From: a virus
IMG/VR virus record: IMGVR_UViG_3300023179_000021
Coordinates: 64,001-128,000 of that record
DNA length: 64,000 bases
Strand: one strand, 5' to 3'
The notes below the pieces were generated by a model. It was not told the DNA's origin, ran no database searches, and worked only from the letters and a program-made list of their open reading frames with translations. Each line of letters begins with the position of its first letter. Within the stretch, counting starts at the first letter, position 1. This document shows positions 47,461 through 56,988 of this stretch, piece by piece. A program made the translations under genes and the position numbers.

Positions 47461-48732
47461 ATGTCGATCTATGATAAGACACTTAAAAATGTTGCAGAAG
47501 TTGCAGCAAAAATCATGGCAGAAAAGTTACACCCAAACCAACAAAAATTGGATGTATATGAACCAGAGAAAGATAAGTTGACGGCCAAAGATTTTGAAAT
47601 GCTTCGTGCAGGTAAGAAGGCCAAGATGAAGGAAGAAACTGGGCTAGAGGAATCTGGCGAAATGGGTCCTGTAACAAGGCCCAAAGAAAAACCTGTAACA
47701 ATGCGTCATAAAACATCCGGTAAAGAAATCGTTGTTGTTAAGGCCGGTGTTAAGGACAAACAAAAACTTGGTTATAAAATGGTCAAAGAAGAAGATGAAC
47801 TTCAAGAAATGAAAGATATGATTGATGCTTTAATTCTTGAATATGAAGCAAAAGGCGGCGTATACAGGCATCAAGGTTCCTATGGTTATGGTGGCAAGGG
47901 TGTTGAACATGGTCAAACTGATTATAAAAAAGAAAATGATTTAGCCAAAGCCGCTGATAAACCTGCTCGTAAAAAGTATGGTTCTCGTCAAAATTATGTT
48001 CGTTCTACTCGTGTCAATGAATCGTTCACTGAATTGCTCGAAAAGTATACTGAGGGTGGCATGAAAGGTTTAAATGAAACTCTTTATGTGATCCAAGAGG
48101 AAGCTGATAATGAACAATTTACAAAAGAACTAGAGAAAGCCAAAAGAAAAGCCGCAGGCCAAGACCGTAATGATGAAAACATTGCTAAGGGTTCAGTGCA
48201 AGCTGTAAAAAATGAAGAAGTGGAAGAATTCGATGAAGCTATGAGTCATCAGGCCAAAACTACTATGAAACACGTTAAGAATCCTACGCCAGGTGAAAAG
48301 AAGGCTGCTAAAGATATTAAACCTGGAGTTGGTGGTTATAGTGATCGTTATGCAATGCTTCAAAGTGCCAAAGCTCGTGGTGCATTGAAGGAAGAAGACG
48401 CACTTGATGAAGAAGGTCCACAAGGTAAAGTACCAATGACAAGTTTAATGCCAGGCCACAGTGATAAGGCTGCACGATTTGCCGCTGTTCAAGCAAAAGG
48501 TAAATTGGTCAAGGGTAAAGCTCAAAGTGCTCCACAAAAAGAACCTGGTATGAAAAAAGAAGAAATTGAAGAAATTGATGAGCGTAAGATGACAGAACCA
48601 GAAATGAAAGAACGTGAGCGAATTGTAAAAGGTATGAAAAAAGGCCTTTCTGGTTTCAAGCAGCGTTATGGTGAGAGAGCAAAAAGTGTCATGTACGCTA
48701 CCTCAGCTAAAATCGCAAAAGAAAGAGCATAA
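47461..48732 (+). CDS. Charged modular internal-head-like protein
   Basis: Repeated xKEE/IDE linkers; RYGERAKSVMYAT module. Confidence 0.6.
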   Translation: MSIYDKTLKNVAEVAAKIMAEKLHPNQQKLDVYEPEKDKLTAKDFEMLRAGKKAKMKEETGLEESGEMGPVTRPKEKPVTMRHKTSGKEIVVVKAGVKDKQKLGYKMVKEEDELQEMKDMIDALILEYEAKGGVYRHQGSYGYGGKGVEHGQTDYKKENDLAKAADKPARKKYGSRQNYVRSTRVNESFTELLEKYTEGGMKGLNETLYVIQEEADNEQFTKELEKAKRKAAGQDRNDENIAKGSVQAVKNEEVEEFDEAMSHQAKTTMKHVKNPTPGEKKAAKDIKPGVGGYSDRYAMLQSAKARGALKEEDALDEEGPQGKVPMTSLMPGHSDKAARFAAVQAKGKLVKGKAQSAPQKEPGMKKEEIEEIDERKMTEPEMKERERIVKGMKKGLSGFKQRYGERAKSVMYATSAKIAKERA

Positions 48733-49325
48733 TGAAACATTGGCACCATATTGTTCCCAAACACGCTGGCGGAACTGATGATCCATCAAATCTTATTCAA
48801 CTTACGATTGAAGAACATGCTGAAGAACATAAAAAACTTTGGGAACAACATGGTCGTTGGCAAGACAAAATTGCTTGGCAAACATTATCTGGTCAAATAA
48901 GTATACAGGAAGCTCGTGAAAAAATGATGAAATATAACAATCCAATGCACAATCCAGAAGTTATAACTAAAATGTCTGGTAAAAATCATTGGGTTAATAG
49001 GGAAGGCAATATTTCTAATTGGATAAAAGACAATCCAATGCACAAACCGGAAATTATAGTTAAAATGTCTGGCGAAAATCATTGGTCTAAAAGGCCAGGA
49101 AAAGTTCATAATTGTCCAGAAGGTCCTATGAAAAATAAAAAACACGCCGAAGAAACTAAAAGAAAAATTGCTGAAACTAATATGGGAAGAGTACCTTCGA
49201 ATAAAGGTCAAAGAGGTATTTTTGGTTGGTTTAATGATGGCGAAAAAAATTATCAAATAAAGTTAACCGAAAAAATAGATTCCAATTTAAAAAAAGGTAG
49301 ATTAAAATGGATACAAAAGGACTAA
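48732..49325 (+). mobile_element. Free-standing HNH homing endonuclease with NUMOD-like repeats
   Basis: HHIVPKHAGGTDDPSNLIQLTIEEHAEEH, KKHAEETKRKI and WFNDG; NPMHxPExxxKMSGxNHW occurs twice, 93 nt apart. Confidence 0.85.
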
Positions 49326-49326
49326 T

Positions 49327-50478
49327 ATGAAAAAAGTCTCCGAATTCTTTAAAGAACTTGAGGAAGAAAAAAAAGACAAGTATGATGAAGGCGAATATGA
49401 CCAAGAAGGTGATATGGCCAAGTCAGACCTCCGTTCAATCATAGCCAATGCACAAAAACTGCACGATATGATTGATGATGCCGACAACCTTCCTGAATGG
49501 GTACAATCTAAAATTACAGTGGCCGAAGATTACATTTCAACCGTTGCAAATTATATGACGGCTGAAATGTCTGAGGCCGCTAAATTGACACCTCAACAAA
49601 AGTTTAAAAACAGTATGAAACGTGCCGGTTATGATATGGATGCTAGTGCTAAAAGATTGCAAGACCTATTAGCAAAGCAAAAGAAAGAGCGTGAAGAGCG
49701 TGAGAAGAAAAATATGGCGGAAGGCGACAGTGGAGCAAAATATAAAGTAAAATCTATTGGTAAAGATATTAAGGGTGATTACTATATCAGTCCCAGCTCT
49801 GATAAAAAAGTTTATAAGTCAGGAGTAAATAAAGGCGATCACGAAAATCCTAAAACAGGAGAGATTAAAAAGATTGTGGCGGAAGACACTGAACTACAAG
49901 AAGCAAATGCTGCAGCAATAGCAGCTGCTACCGCTATCGCAAAGAAAAAATCTGGTAATTATGACAGTGAAGGCATGAGAAAAACACCTTATAAGAATCC
50001 CGATGCACCAAACAGAAAAACAAATACTGAAAGAAAAAGAGAAATGGATGAAAGTTATTTGGAAGAAAAAAATGTTCCAACAAACCCTTCTCTTTGGTCA
50101 AGAGCAAAAGCTTTAGCTCGTCAGAAATTTGACGTATACCCTTCGGCCTACGCAAATGGTTGGGCTTCAAAATGGTACAAATCTAAAGGTGGAAGCTGGA
50201 AATCAGTGAGTGAATCTAAAGAAGATTTGCCTTTTGAACCAGATCCACCTAAAAAGAATAAAAAACCAGATCACGGCCCAATGTCGAGAGTTAGGCATTT
50301 AGCAAAACAAGCTATGAAAAAACAAACTGAAAAAATGAAACCAATGAAAGAAACCATTGAAGAATCACGCAAAGCTGAAATTGTCAAAGAGATCGTTAAA
50401 AAAAAGAAAAATGAAATGAACGGTAAATTTGAAGCCGACCCAGTTTTAACAAGTTCAGTTGTCAAAGAGAATAAATAG
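49327..50478 (+). CDS. Charged modular internal-head-like protein
   Basis: EGDMAK...LPEWVQSKIT and KFDVYPSAYANGWASKWYK modules. Confidence 0.65.
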   Translation: MKKVSEFFKELEEEKKDKYDEGEYDQEGDMAKSDLRSIIANAQKLHDMIDDADNLPEWVQSKITVAEDYISTVANYMTAEMSEAAKLTPQQKFKNSMKRAGYDMDASAKRLQDLLAKQKKEREEREKKNMAEGDSGAKYKVKSIGKDIKGDYYISPSSDKKVYKSGVNKGDHENPKTGEIKKIVAEDTELQEANAAAIAAATAIAKKKSGNYDSEGMRKTPYKNPDAPNRKTNTERKREMDESYLEEKNVPTNPSLWSRAKALARQKFDVYPSAYANGWASKWYKSKGGSWKSVSESKEDLPFEPDPPKKNKKPDHGPMSRVRHLAKQAMKKQTEKMKPMKETIEESRKAEIVKEIVKKKKNEMNGKFEADPVLTSSVVKENK

Positions 50479-50510
50479 AAGAATAAATCAAATTTCTAGG
50501 AGAAAAATAA

Positions 50511-50852
50511 ATGGCACTTTGGTCAAATACAGACGCTAATACTTCGGCACCAGTTTTCGCTGTTGCTAGTGGTCGTGGCGTTTCAGCAAACGGCTTCACG
50601 CTATATGCAAATACGCAAGCCGATGCTTTTATCACTGGTCTAAATGTTGGTGTTTTTGGTGTAGACACAACAGAAATTGGTCTCGCTAATAACGCCACAC
50701 AAAAACCAGCCCATGCTGGTTGGGTACTTCGCACAGAGGGTTCTGGTGGTCGTGCAGGCCGTATTCAAACCGAAGTTATTGTAGCGATGGGCTCAATGAC
50801 TGGTGACGGTGGCGCAACAATCAATGACAACCCAATCTACGCAAATACCTAA
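50511..50852 (+). CDS. Putative virion structural protein
   Basis: MALWSNTD...HAGWV...GRAGRIQTEVIVAM; AGGAG RBS. Confidence 0.65.
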   Translation: MALWSNTDANTSAPVFAVASGRGVSANGFTLYANTQADAFITGLNVGVFGVDTTEIGLANNATQKPAHAGWVLRTEGSGGRAGRIQTEVIVAMGSMTGDGGATINDNPIYANT

Positions 50853-50853
50853 T

Positions 50854-51225
50854 ATGAGGTTTAGTCAATACATTTCTGAAATGGAAGAACCCATTATAAT
50901 GACAATGGGTTCTTTTGATGTTTTTGATTCTTTAAGCCAAGAATTGGATTCAAAACTTTCAGAAACATTTTCATCACCCGAAGAAGGTATTCAAACAATT
51001 CGTGACATTATGGCTAATTATGGTGCTAATTTGCCAATGATAAACGATTTGAATTCTGAGGGCGATGAGATAGCTCTTGATGTAGAAACGCCTGAAGGTC
51101 CTCTTATACTTTATATTATATACTCTTTAACAGATAACGATGACTATGAATTTTATGCTGAACTCACTGATGATGATGGTTTAGAAGAAATCTTATCTGA
51201 TGAGGATGAAGAAGAAAAAGATTAA
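50854..51225 (+). CDS. Acidic hypothetical protein
   Basis: Start MRFSQYISE. Confidence 0.55.
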   Translation: MRFSQYISEMEEPIIMTMGSFDVFDSLSQELDSKLSETFSSPEEGIQTIRDIMANYGANLPMINDLNSEGDEIALDVETPEGPLILYIIYSLTDNDDYEFYAELTDDDGLEEILSDEDEEEKD

Positions 51226-51614
51226 TGTTTGAAGATTTAAATAATGAAAACTTTATTATCTATGCAATGAAGGCGTATGACAAACCAAATTGCTTAATGA
51301 GTGAGTTTAAAGAAGATATGAAGAGATTTAATTATCTTAAAAGACTTTTTCACAAATATCGGAAAAGTGGTGAATTAAAAGAACAATTAGTATTAAATCA
51401 TCTTATTGTAATTTATAATGTGTTTGGGCCAGAACCAGCAACAAGAATGTTATTTTATCGTATGGCTAAGGAAGATTACTCGGTGTTAAAAACGTATCTT
51501 ATTTTTTTAAATTCAATGCCAACGATCATAAAAGGTATTTGTGGACAAGATATAAGATCATCAGACATAGAAGTTGATATGATGGTTGCAGAGGAATTAA
51601 GAAAAATTAAATAA
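51225..51614 (+). CDS. Conserved T4-like hypothetical protein
   Basis: YAMKAYDKP...EF.ED.KRF.YLKRL...LVLNHLIV. Confidence 0.7.
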   Translation: MFEDLNNENFIIYAMKAYDKPNCLMSEFKEDMKRFNYLKRLFHKYRKSGELKEQLVLNHLIVIYNVFGPEPATRMLFYRMAKEDYSVLKTYLIFLNSMPTIIKGICGQDIRSSDIEVDMMVAEELRKIK

Positions 51615-51920
51615 ATGGCTAACGAATTTAAAAAAGAATGTGGTGAGGGTATGTATTGGTGTAATACCGATATGAAATGTAAACCTATTGAAGAATCTTG
51701 GTCACAAAAATATAAGAGGTCTATTGATTGTAATAATCCAAAAGGTTTTTCACAAAGAGCACATTGTCAAGGCCGAAAAAAGAGAATGAAAGAAGATGCT
51801 CCAGTAAATAATGTAAGTGGTGGTCAAATCGCTGGCGTTGGTGTAGGGCCACAAGGTGAACCGGGCATAAGTAAGAAAAAGAAAATTGCTTCATTTATTT
51901 CATTTATTCGTAGGAAATAA
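51615..51920 (+). CDS. Small Cys-module late protein
   Basis: CGEGMYWC and WSQKYKRSIDCNNPKGFSQRAHC modules. Confidence 0.6.
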   Translation: MANEFKKECGEGMYWCNTDMKCKPIEESWSQKYKRSIDCNNPKGFSQRAHCQGRKKRMKEDAPVNNVSGGQIAGVGVGPQGEPGISKKKKIASFISFIRRK

Positions 51921-51922
51921 AA

Positions 51923-52468
51923 ATGTTGTTTATACTAGAATTTCTTCCATCATGGGTATTTTTAGCATTTCTTGGAATTGGTATTTTGGGTTATGGCTTG
52001 ACACATCTACTTAAATTTGTACCTCTGCCAATTGTCTATGTTTACAAGACACCAATACAAATCGTATCAATTATTTTAATGATTACTGCCACGTTTTTGT
52101 ATGGTGGCGCATACAATAACGATTCTTGGATGGCCAAAGTAAAAGAAATGGAAGACAAAGTGGCCATTGCCGAAGAGCAAGCTAAGAAAGAAACGGTGAG
52201 AATTGAAGAAAAAGTGGTAGAAAAAACCAAAGAGATTAAGGTAAAGGGCGATACAATTATTAAAGAGATACAGGTACCGGGTCCCGAACGTGTCAAAGAA
52301 ATTACAAAAGATATGTCAGAAGACCAGAAAAAAGCCTATGAAGTCAAAGTTGCTGAACTCGAAAATGCAGTGAAAAACTGTCCCATACCACAACTTGTTT
52401 TAGATGCACACAATAAAGCTGCAAATCTTGTATCGCCGCCTGTTAAATCGACTGGAGAAAAGAAATGA
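51923..52468 (+). CDS. Putative i-spanin (Rz-like)
   Basis: N-terminal transmembrane segments plus a coiled coil; overlaps a downstream lipoprotein gene. Confidence 0.65.
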   Translation: MLFILEFLPSWVFLAFLGIGILGYGLTHLLKFVPLPIVYVYKTPIQIVSIILMITATFLYGGAYNNDSWMAKVKEMEDKVAIAEEQAKKETVRIEEKVVEKTKEIKVKGDTIIKEIQVPGPERVKEITKDMSEDQKKAYEVKVAELENAVKNCPIPQLVLDAHNKAANLVSPPVKSTGEKK

Positions 52469-52782
52469 GAAGTATATTATTGTCTCTGGTGATTTTACTT
52501 TCTGGTTGTGCCATGTTTCAAAAGCCCGTACCTATAGCACCAAAGTGGCCTGATGCGCCAGCTGCACTTAAAGAAAAATGTGAAGCTCTTAAAACAGTTG
52601 CAATGGATAAAGTTTCAATTACCGATATGATGAAAGTAATTGTTGAAAATTACACTCTTCATTATCAATGTTCAGCCAAGGTTGATGGTTGGAATGAATG
52701 GTATGATTCGCAAAAGAAAATCTATGAAACTGTGGTTCCAGACAAGAAAAAGAAACCATGGTATAATTTTTGGAGTAAATGA
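52465..52782 (+). CDS. Putative o-spanin lipoprotein (Rz1-like)
   Basis: Lipobox LLSGC, Pro-rich segment, two further Cys. Confidence 0.7.
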   Translation: MRSILLSLVILLSGCAMFQKPVPIAPKWPDAPAALKEKCEALKTVAMDKVSITDMMKVIVENYTLHYQCSAKVDGWNEWYDSQKKIYETVVPDKKKKPWYNFWSK

Positions 52783-53039
52783 TGAAAATGATAACATTTC
52801 TTATCTTTTGTGTGTTTCTTTCTGGTTGTGCTACCAGTAAGCATGAACTTTACTATGAAACTGCAAAATCAGTAAGTAAAGATAATACAATGTCACAAAC
52901 AGCCTGCTGGGCAGCTATCAGTGAAATTGCAAAAAGTTCTGACAGTGCCGTAAAAGTTGGTGCTATTGCATTAGCCGAAAAATGTAAAAATGATACTGTA
53001 AAAATAGAACCACCAAAGTCTAATTGGCTAGGACTCTAA
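52779..53039 (+). CDS. Lipoprotein
   Basis: Lipobox FLSGC. Confidence 0.65.
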   Translation: MMKMITFLIFCVFLSGCATSKHELYYETAKSVSKDNTMSQTACWAAISEIAKSSDSAVKVGAIALAEKCKNDTVKIEPPKSNWLGL

Positions 53040-53042
53040 TAT

Positions 53043-53666
53043 ATGGAATTAACAGAACAACAATTAAAACAATTACTTCCAAAGAACCCTTATGTGAGTT
53101 ACTGGCACACAGCACTCGCACAATTGTTTCCTGATTATGAAATTAATACACCACAAAGAGTGGCTTCATTTATAGCACAATGCGCTCATGAATCTGGTGG
53201 ATTTATGGTTCTACAAGAAAATTTAAATTATAAATGGCAATCTCTTCGTAAGGTGTTTCCAAAATATTTTCCGACCGATGATATAGCACAACAGTACGCA
53301 AGTAAACCAAACAAACAAGAAGCTATTGCTAATCGTGTTTATGCCAGTCGTATGGGAAACGGTCCCGAAGAATCTGGTGATGGTTGGCGTTATCGTGGTC
53401 GTGGTCTGATACAATTGACCGGCCGTGATAACTATGCTTGGTTTGCAGCATCATTACAAATTTCACCTGAGGAAGCAACCGAATACCTTGGCACCTTCGA
53501 AGGTGCTGCACAATCGGCCTGCTGGTTCTGGGAAACCAATAAACTTAATCAATGGGCCGACAAAGGAGACATTGTAACATTAACAAAACGCATTAACGGT
53601 GGCACGATAGGACTTCAGGATCGCATTAAACATTATGAACATGCGCTTCATGTCCTGGAGGTGTAA
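53043..53666 (+). CDS. GH19-family endolysin
   Basis: FIAQCAHES, YRGRGLIQLTG..NY, SACWFW and TKRINGG motifs. Confidence 0.92.
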   Translation: MELTEQQLKQLLPKNPYVSYWHTALAQLFPDYEINTPQRVASFIAQCAHESGGFMVLQENLNYKWQSLRKVFPKYFPTDDIAQQYASKPNKQEAIANRVYASRMGNGPEESGDGWRYRGRGLIQLTGRDNYAWFAASLQISPEEATEYLGTFEGAAQSACWFWETNKLNQWADKGDIVTLTKRINGGTIGLQDRIKHYEHALHVLEV

Positions 53667-53969
53667 ATGGTGGCAGATCGAAAACTATTTAAATTTTTAT
53701 TGTTTTTAATTGTATTACCAGTTGGTCTTGCCATTTTTGGTGGTGATCGTTTTCGTTATCCATGTCAGGACCCTCAGAATTGGGATAAACAAATATGTAA
53801 GTTTCCTGATTGTGATGTTACAAGAACTTGTCCCGAGCATGTATTTAAAGGGCAACGTGACCCAAGATTGGGACCGCCCCCCAATAGAAATGAACCCGCT
53901 ATGATTACAAGTCCTTTGACACAACAAAATTGTCCTGCACCGGCACAAGGAGCAAATTGTGGAAAATAA
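53667..53969 (+). CDS. Membrane-anchored Cys-rich protein
   Basis: N-terminal TM segment; DRFRYPCQDP...C..P.C....CP. Confidence 0.6.
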   Translation: MVADRKLFKFLLFLIVLPVGLAIFGGDRFRYPCQDPQNWDKQICKFPDCDVTRTCPEHVFKGQRDPRLGPPPNRNEPAMITSPLTQQNCPAPAQGANCGK

Positions 53970-54435
53970 TAATTTCATATATACCGAAGAGCAATTAATG
54001 GCTCGTTTGAAGTTTTTTATTGGCGTTTGTTTGGCGTTGACACTGACTGGCATTGTTTTTGTTGTGTTATATTCTTTGATTTTTGTTACGCAGCCACTGA
54101 ACGCTATTTCACCAATTGACCAAAAATTCTTTGAGTTAATTGTGCCAATTGCAACATTTTTAACTGGTACACTTTCTGGAATTATGTTAGCTGGTGCCAA
54201 AAAAGAAGATCAAGAGGCTATGTTAGCAGCACAAAAACTAGCCAATGATAATTTTGAAGCTACAAAGAAGGCCATGACTGCACCGCCACCGCAACAATCA
54301 AGCATGCCAACGGTGACATTAGGAAATAATGGTGCAATTACAATCGGTGGTGGAAGTAATCAACAATCTGGTCAAGTTGTTCTAGGTTTTGGTGGCAAAC
54401 CCGCACCTCCAATGGCACCGCAACCAGAACTGTAA
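53959..54435 (+). CDS. Two-TM membrane protein (holin-like)
   Basis: Two hydrophobic helices; lysis cassette context. Confidence 0.55.
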   Translation: MENNNFIYTEEQLMARLKFFIGVCLALTLTGIVFVVLYSLIFVTQPLNAISPIDQKFFELIVPIATFLTGTLSGIMLAGAKKEDQEAMLAAQKLANDNFEATKKAMTAPPPQQSSMPTVTLGNNGAITIGGGSNQQSGQVVLGFGGKPAPPMAPQPEL

Positions 54436-54707
54436 TGAGAGATTTTGTTTACAGTATTTTTCGTGACAGTATTGATGGTTCATGGAGTAGTCGTAGAATT
54501 ATAACGTTTTTAGCTTTTGTTTTTTGTAGTATTGCATTTTTTGCCGATTTATTTTGGAATCGTACAATTAATGCCTCAATGTTTGAAGGAATGATGTATA
54601 TTGTTCTAGGTGGACTTGGGTTTACGGTAAGTGAAAAATTTGCCAGTAAGCCCACAAAACTTTTTTACGGCACACCATTGCCAAAAATCAAAGAGGGAGA
54701 GTTATGA
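54435..54707 (+). CDS. Small two-TM membrane protein (holin-like)
   Basis: SSRRIITFLAF...LGFTVSEKF. Confidence 0.55.
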   Translation: MRDFVYSIFRDSIDGSWSSRRIITFLAFVFCSIAFFADLFWNRTINASMFEGMMYIVLGGLGFTVSEKFASKPTKLFYGTPLPKIKEGEL

Positions 54708-54922
54708 AGTATTTTATTACATTTTTTACAGCCATTGCTATGGCTTCTGGTGTTTATGCCGGAGAAGAACCAAAGAAAGCCGAAGTCAAAAAAGTTTGTG
54801 TTGACAAGGTTACAAAAGATGGTAAACCTGTCATGGATAAAGATGGAAAACAAGTTCAAGATTGTAAAGAGGTGAAAGTCCATCAGAAACTTGAAGGCAC
54901 TAAAGTACCCGATAAGAAATAA
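54704..54922 (+). CDS. Small exported protein
   Basis: Signal peptide (ASGVYA) and a Cys pair. Confidence 0.6.
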   Translation: MKYFITFFTAIAMASGVYAGEEPKKAEVKKVCVDKVTKDGKPVMDKDGKQVQDCKEVKVHQKLEGTKVPDKK

Positions 54923-54925
54923 ACC

Positions 54926-55240
54926 ATGGCCACCACCACTGAACGTCTTGGTATTGTAGAAACCAAGATAGAAAACATTAACGAAAAGGTCGATGAATTA
55001 AAAGTCGATGTAAAAGACTTACATGATTGTCTAGACAGAACTAGGGATGGTTTAAATGAAAAACTAGACATTATGTATGATGCCTCGTGTTCACAACATA
55101 AGGCATTATCCGACGAAATAAGTAAAATCAAAAGAGATAAAGATAAAATTGTTTGGTTAATTGGTGGTGGAATTGCCTTGCTTGGTTGGTTAAGTGGTCA
55201 TTCAGATAAAATTTTGGATGTAATTAAATCTTTTGCTTGA
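54926..55240 (+). CDS. Coiled-coil protein with a C-terminal TM segment
   Basis: Heptad N-terminus; IVWLIGGGIALLGWL. Confidence 0.6.
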   Translation: MATTTERLGIVETKIENINEKVDELKVDVKDLHDCLDRTRDGLNEKLDIMYDASCSQHKALSDEISKIKRDKDKIVWLIGGGIALLGWLSGHSDKILDVIKSFA

Positions 55241-55265
55241 CTTACACCTTCGGGTGTTTTATAAT
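55237..55265 (+). promoter_or_regulatory. Sigma70 promoter with a UUCG hairpin in the spacer
   Basis: TTGACT-tacaccttcgggtgttt-TATAAT. Confidence 0.7.
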
Positions 55266-55273
55266 TAATTATT

Positions 55274-56299
55274 ATGTTATCGATTGACGTTAAATATCTA
55301 CGTCTTCTTTCTTCTCGTTTGCGTAATTTCAAGCAGAAGAAAGAAGGTCTTTTTAATTTCTCTTGCCCAATTTGTGGCGATTCAAAAAAGAATCTATCAA
55401 AGGCTCGAGGTTATGCTTTTTCTAAAGGTAATGATTATTTTTATCGTTGCCATAATTGTGGAGCAAGTACAAATGTTGGTAACCTCATTAAACACATTGA
55501 TGCTTCCCTACACAAAGAATATATCCTTGAAAGGTATACCTCCGGTCGAACCAATAATGCTAATTCAGCCAACTCAGTATTACAAATATCCCCACCAAAA
55601 TTTGGAAAACTACAGAAGCAAAAGATTTTCGAACATGCTGAATGGTGCGACAAGTTACCATTTGGACATTTTTGCCTAGAGTATTTAAAAAGACGAAAGA
55701 TACCTAAGGATGCATATAAGTTACTGCTCTTTACAAGCAAGTACGCAGATTTTGTTACATCAATTTATAAAGACCACGGAAAACAACTAATTAATGATGC
55801 TCGACTGGTGATCCCTTTCTACGATGAAAACAATGATTTAATTGCTGTTTCTGGCCGAGCTCTTGAAACTAGCGATAATTCTCTTCGATATGTGACAGTA
55901 AGAACTAATGAATCAAAAACTAAATTAATTTATGGTATTGACAAATTAAAATCGTCAGAAAGAATACTTTTGGTTGAAGGACCTATAGACTCTCTTTTTC
56001 TAAATAATTGTCTGGCGTCTGGTGATGCAAATTTATTATCAGCTGCAAAAGAAGTGCATGGAGATGTGACTTTAGTATTTGACAATGAACCTAGAAATAA
56101 AGAAATATGTAAAATGATTGAAAGAGCCATTCATTTCAATCAACCAGTTGTTATTTGGCCTGATACTATAAAAGGTAAAGACATCAATGAGATGGTAATG
56201 AATGGTTTCCTGCCAGGCGAAATTTCAGATATTATAAGTAGCAATACGTTTAGTGGTGTAGCAGCAAAATTGAAATTTAATATGTGGAAGAAACTATGA
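55274..56299 (+). CDS. gp61: DNA primase gp61
   Basis: CPICGDS...CHNC zinc finger; EGPIDSLF, DNEPRN and KDINEM TOPRIM motifs. Confidence 0.95.
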   Translation: MLSIDVKYLRLLSSRLRNFKQKKEGLFNFSCPICGDSKKNLSKARGYAFSKGNDYFYRCHNCGASTNVGNLIKHIDASLHKEYILERYTSGRTNNANSANSVLQISPPKFGKLQKQKIFEHAEWCDKLPFGHFCLEYLKRRKIPKDAYKLLLFTSKYADFVTSIYKDHGKQLINDARLVIPFYDENNDLIAVSGRALETSDNSLRYVTVRTNESKTKLIYGIDKLKSSERILLVEGPIDSLFLNNCLASGDANLLSAAKEVHGDVTLVFDNEPRNKEICKMIERAIHFNQPVVIWPDTIKGKDINEMVMNGFLPGEISDIISSNTFSGVAAKLKFNMWKKL

Positions 56300-56973
56300 A
56301 AGTTAGACTAGTTAGTTATACAGAACCATCAAGTGAGATAATTGATGATTTCAAAAGTGAGCCCAATTTACAAGACCTCATTGCATATTGCGCCAGGGTA
56401 TCAAACCCAAGTAATCAGACAAATACAGAAACTTCAGAACGATTGTTAAAATACCTCATCAAAAATAAACATTGGTCACCACTTGAAATGGTGAATATGT
56501 GTTTAGAGATACAAACAACCAGAGATATAGCAAGACAAATATTGCGACATCGATCATTTTCATTTCAAGAATTCAGCCAACGATATGCTGATCCAATTAA
56601 AGATTTGGATTTTGAAATTCGTGAGGCCAGATTACAAGACACAACAAATCGTCAAAACTCTATTGAAACAGATGATGAAAAATTATCTAAAAAATGGGAA
56701 CTTGCACAACAGCGAGTTATTCATGAAGCAAAATCTGCCTATGAGTGGGCTATCAAAAATGGTATTGCAAAAGAAGTAGCTCGAGCAGTCCTACCAGAAG
56801 GCAACATCTTATCAAAAATGTATATGAATGGCACTCTTCGTTCGTGGATCCATTATATTGAATTGCGCTCAGCAAACGACACACAAAAAGAACACAGAGA
56901 GATAGCATTGGCCTGTGCAAAAACTATTACTCAAGTTTTTCCAATAGCATCAGAGTTCGTATCACAAAAATAA
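56296..56973 (+). CDS. thyX: Flavin-dependent thymidylate synthase
   Basis: HWSPLE and QILRHRSFSFQEFSQRY motifs. Confidence 0.95.
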   Translation: MKVRLVSYTEPSSEIIDDFKSEPNLQDLIAYCARVSNPSNQTNTETSERLLKYLIKNKHWSPLEMVNMCLEIQTTRDIARQILRHRSFSFQEFSQRYADPIKDLDFEIREARLQDTTNRQNSIETDDEKLSKKWELAQQRVIHEAKSAYEWAIKNGIAKEVARAVLPEGNILSKMYMNGTLRSWIHYIELRSANDTQKEHREIALACAKTITQVFPIASEFVSQK

Positions 56974-56988
56974 CAATAGGAGTACCGC

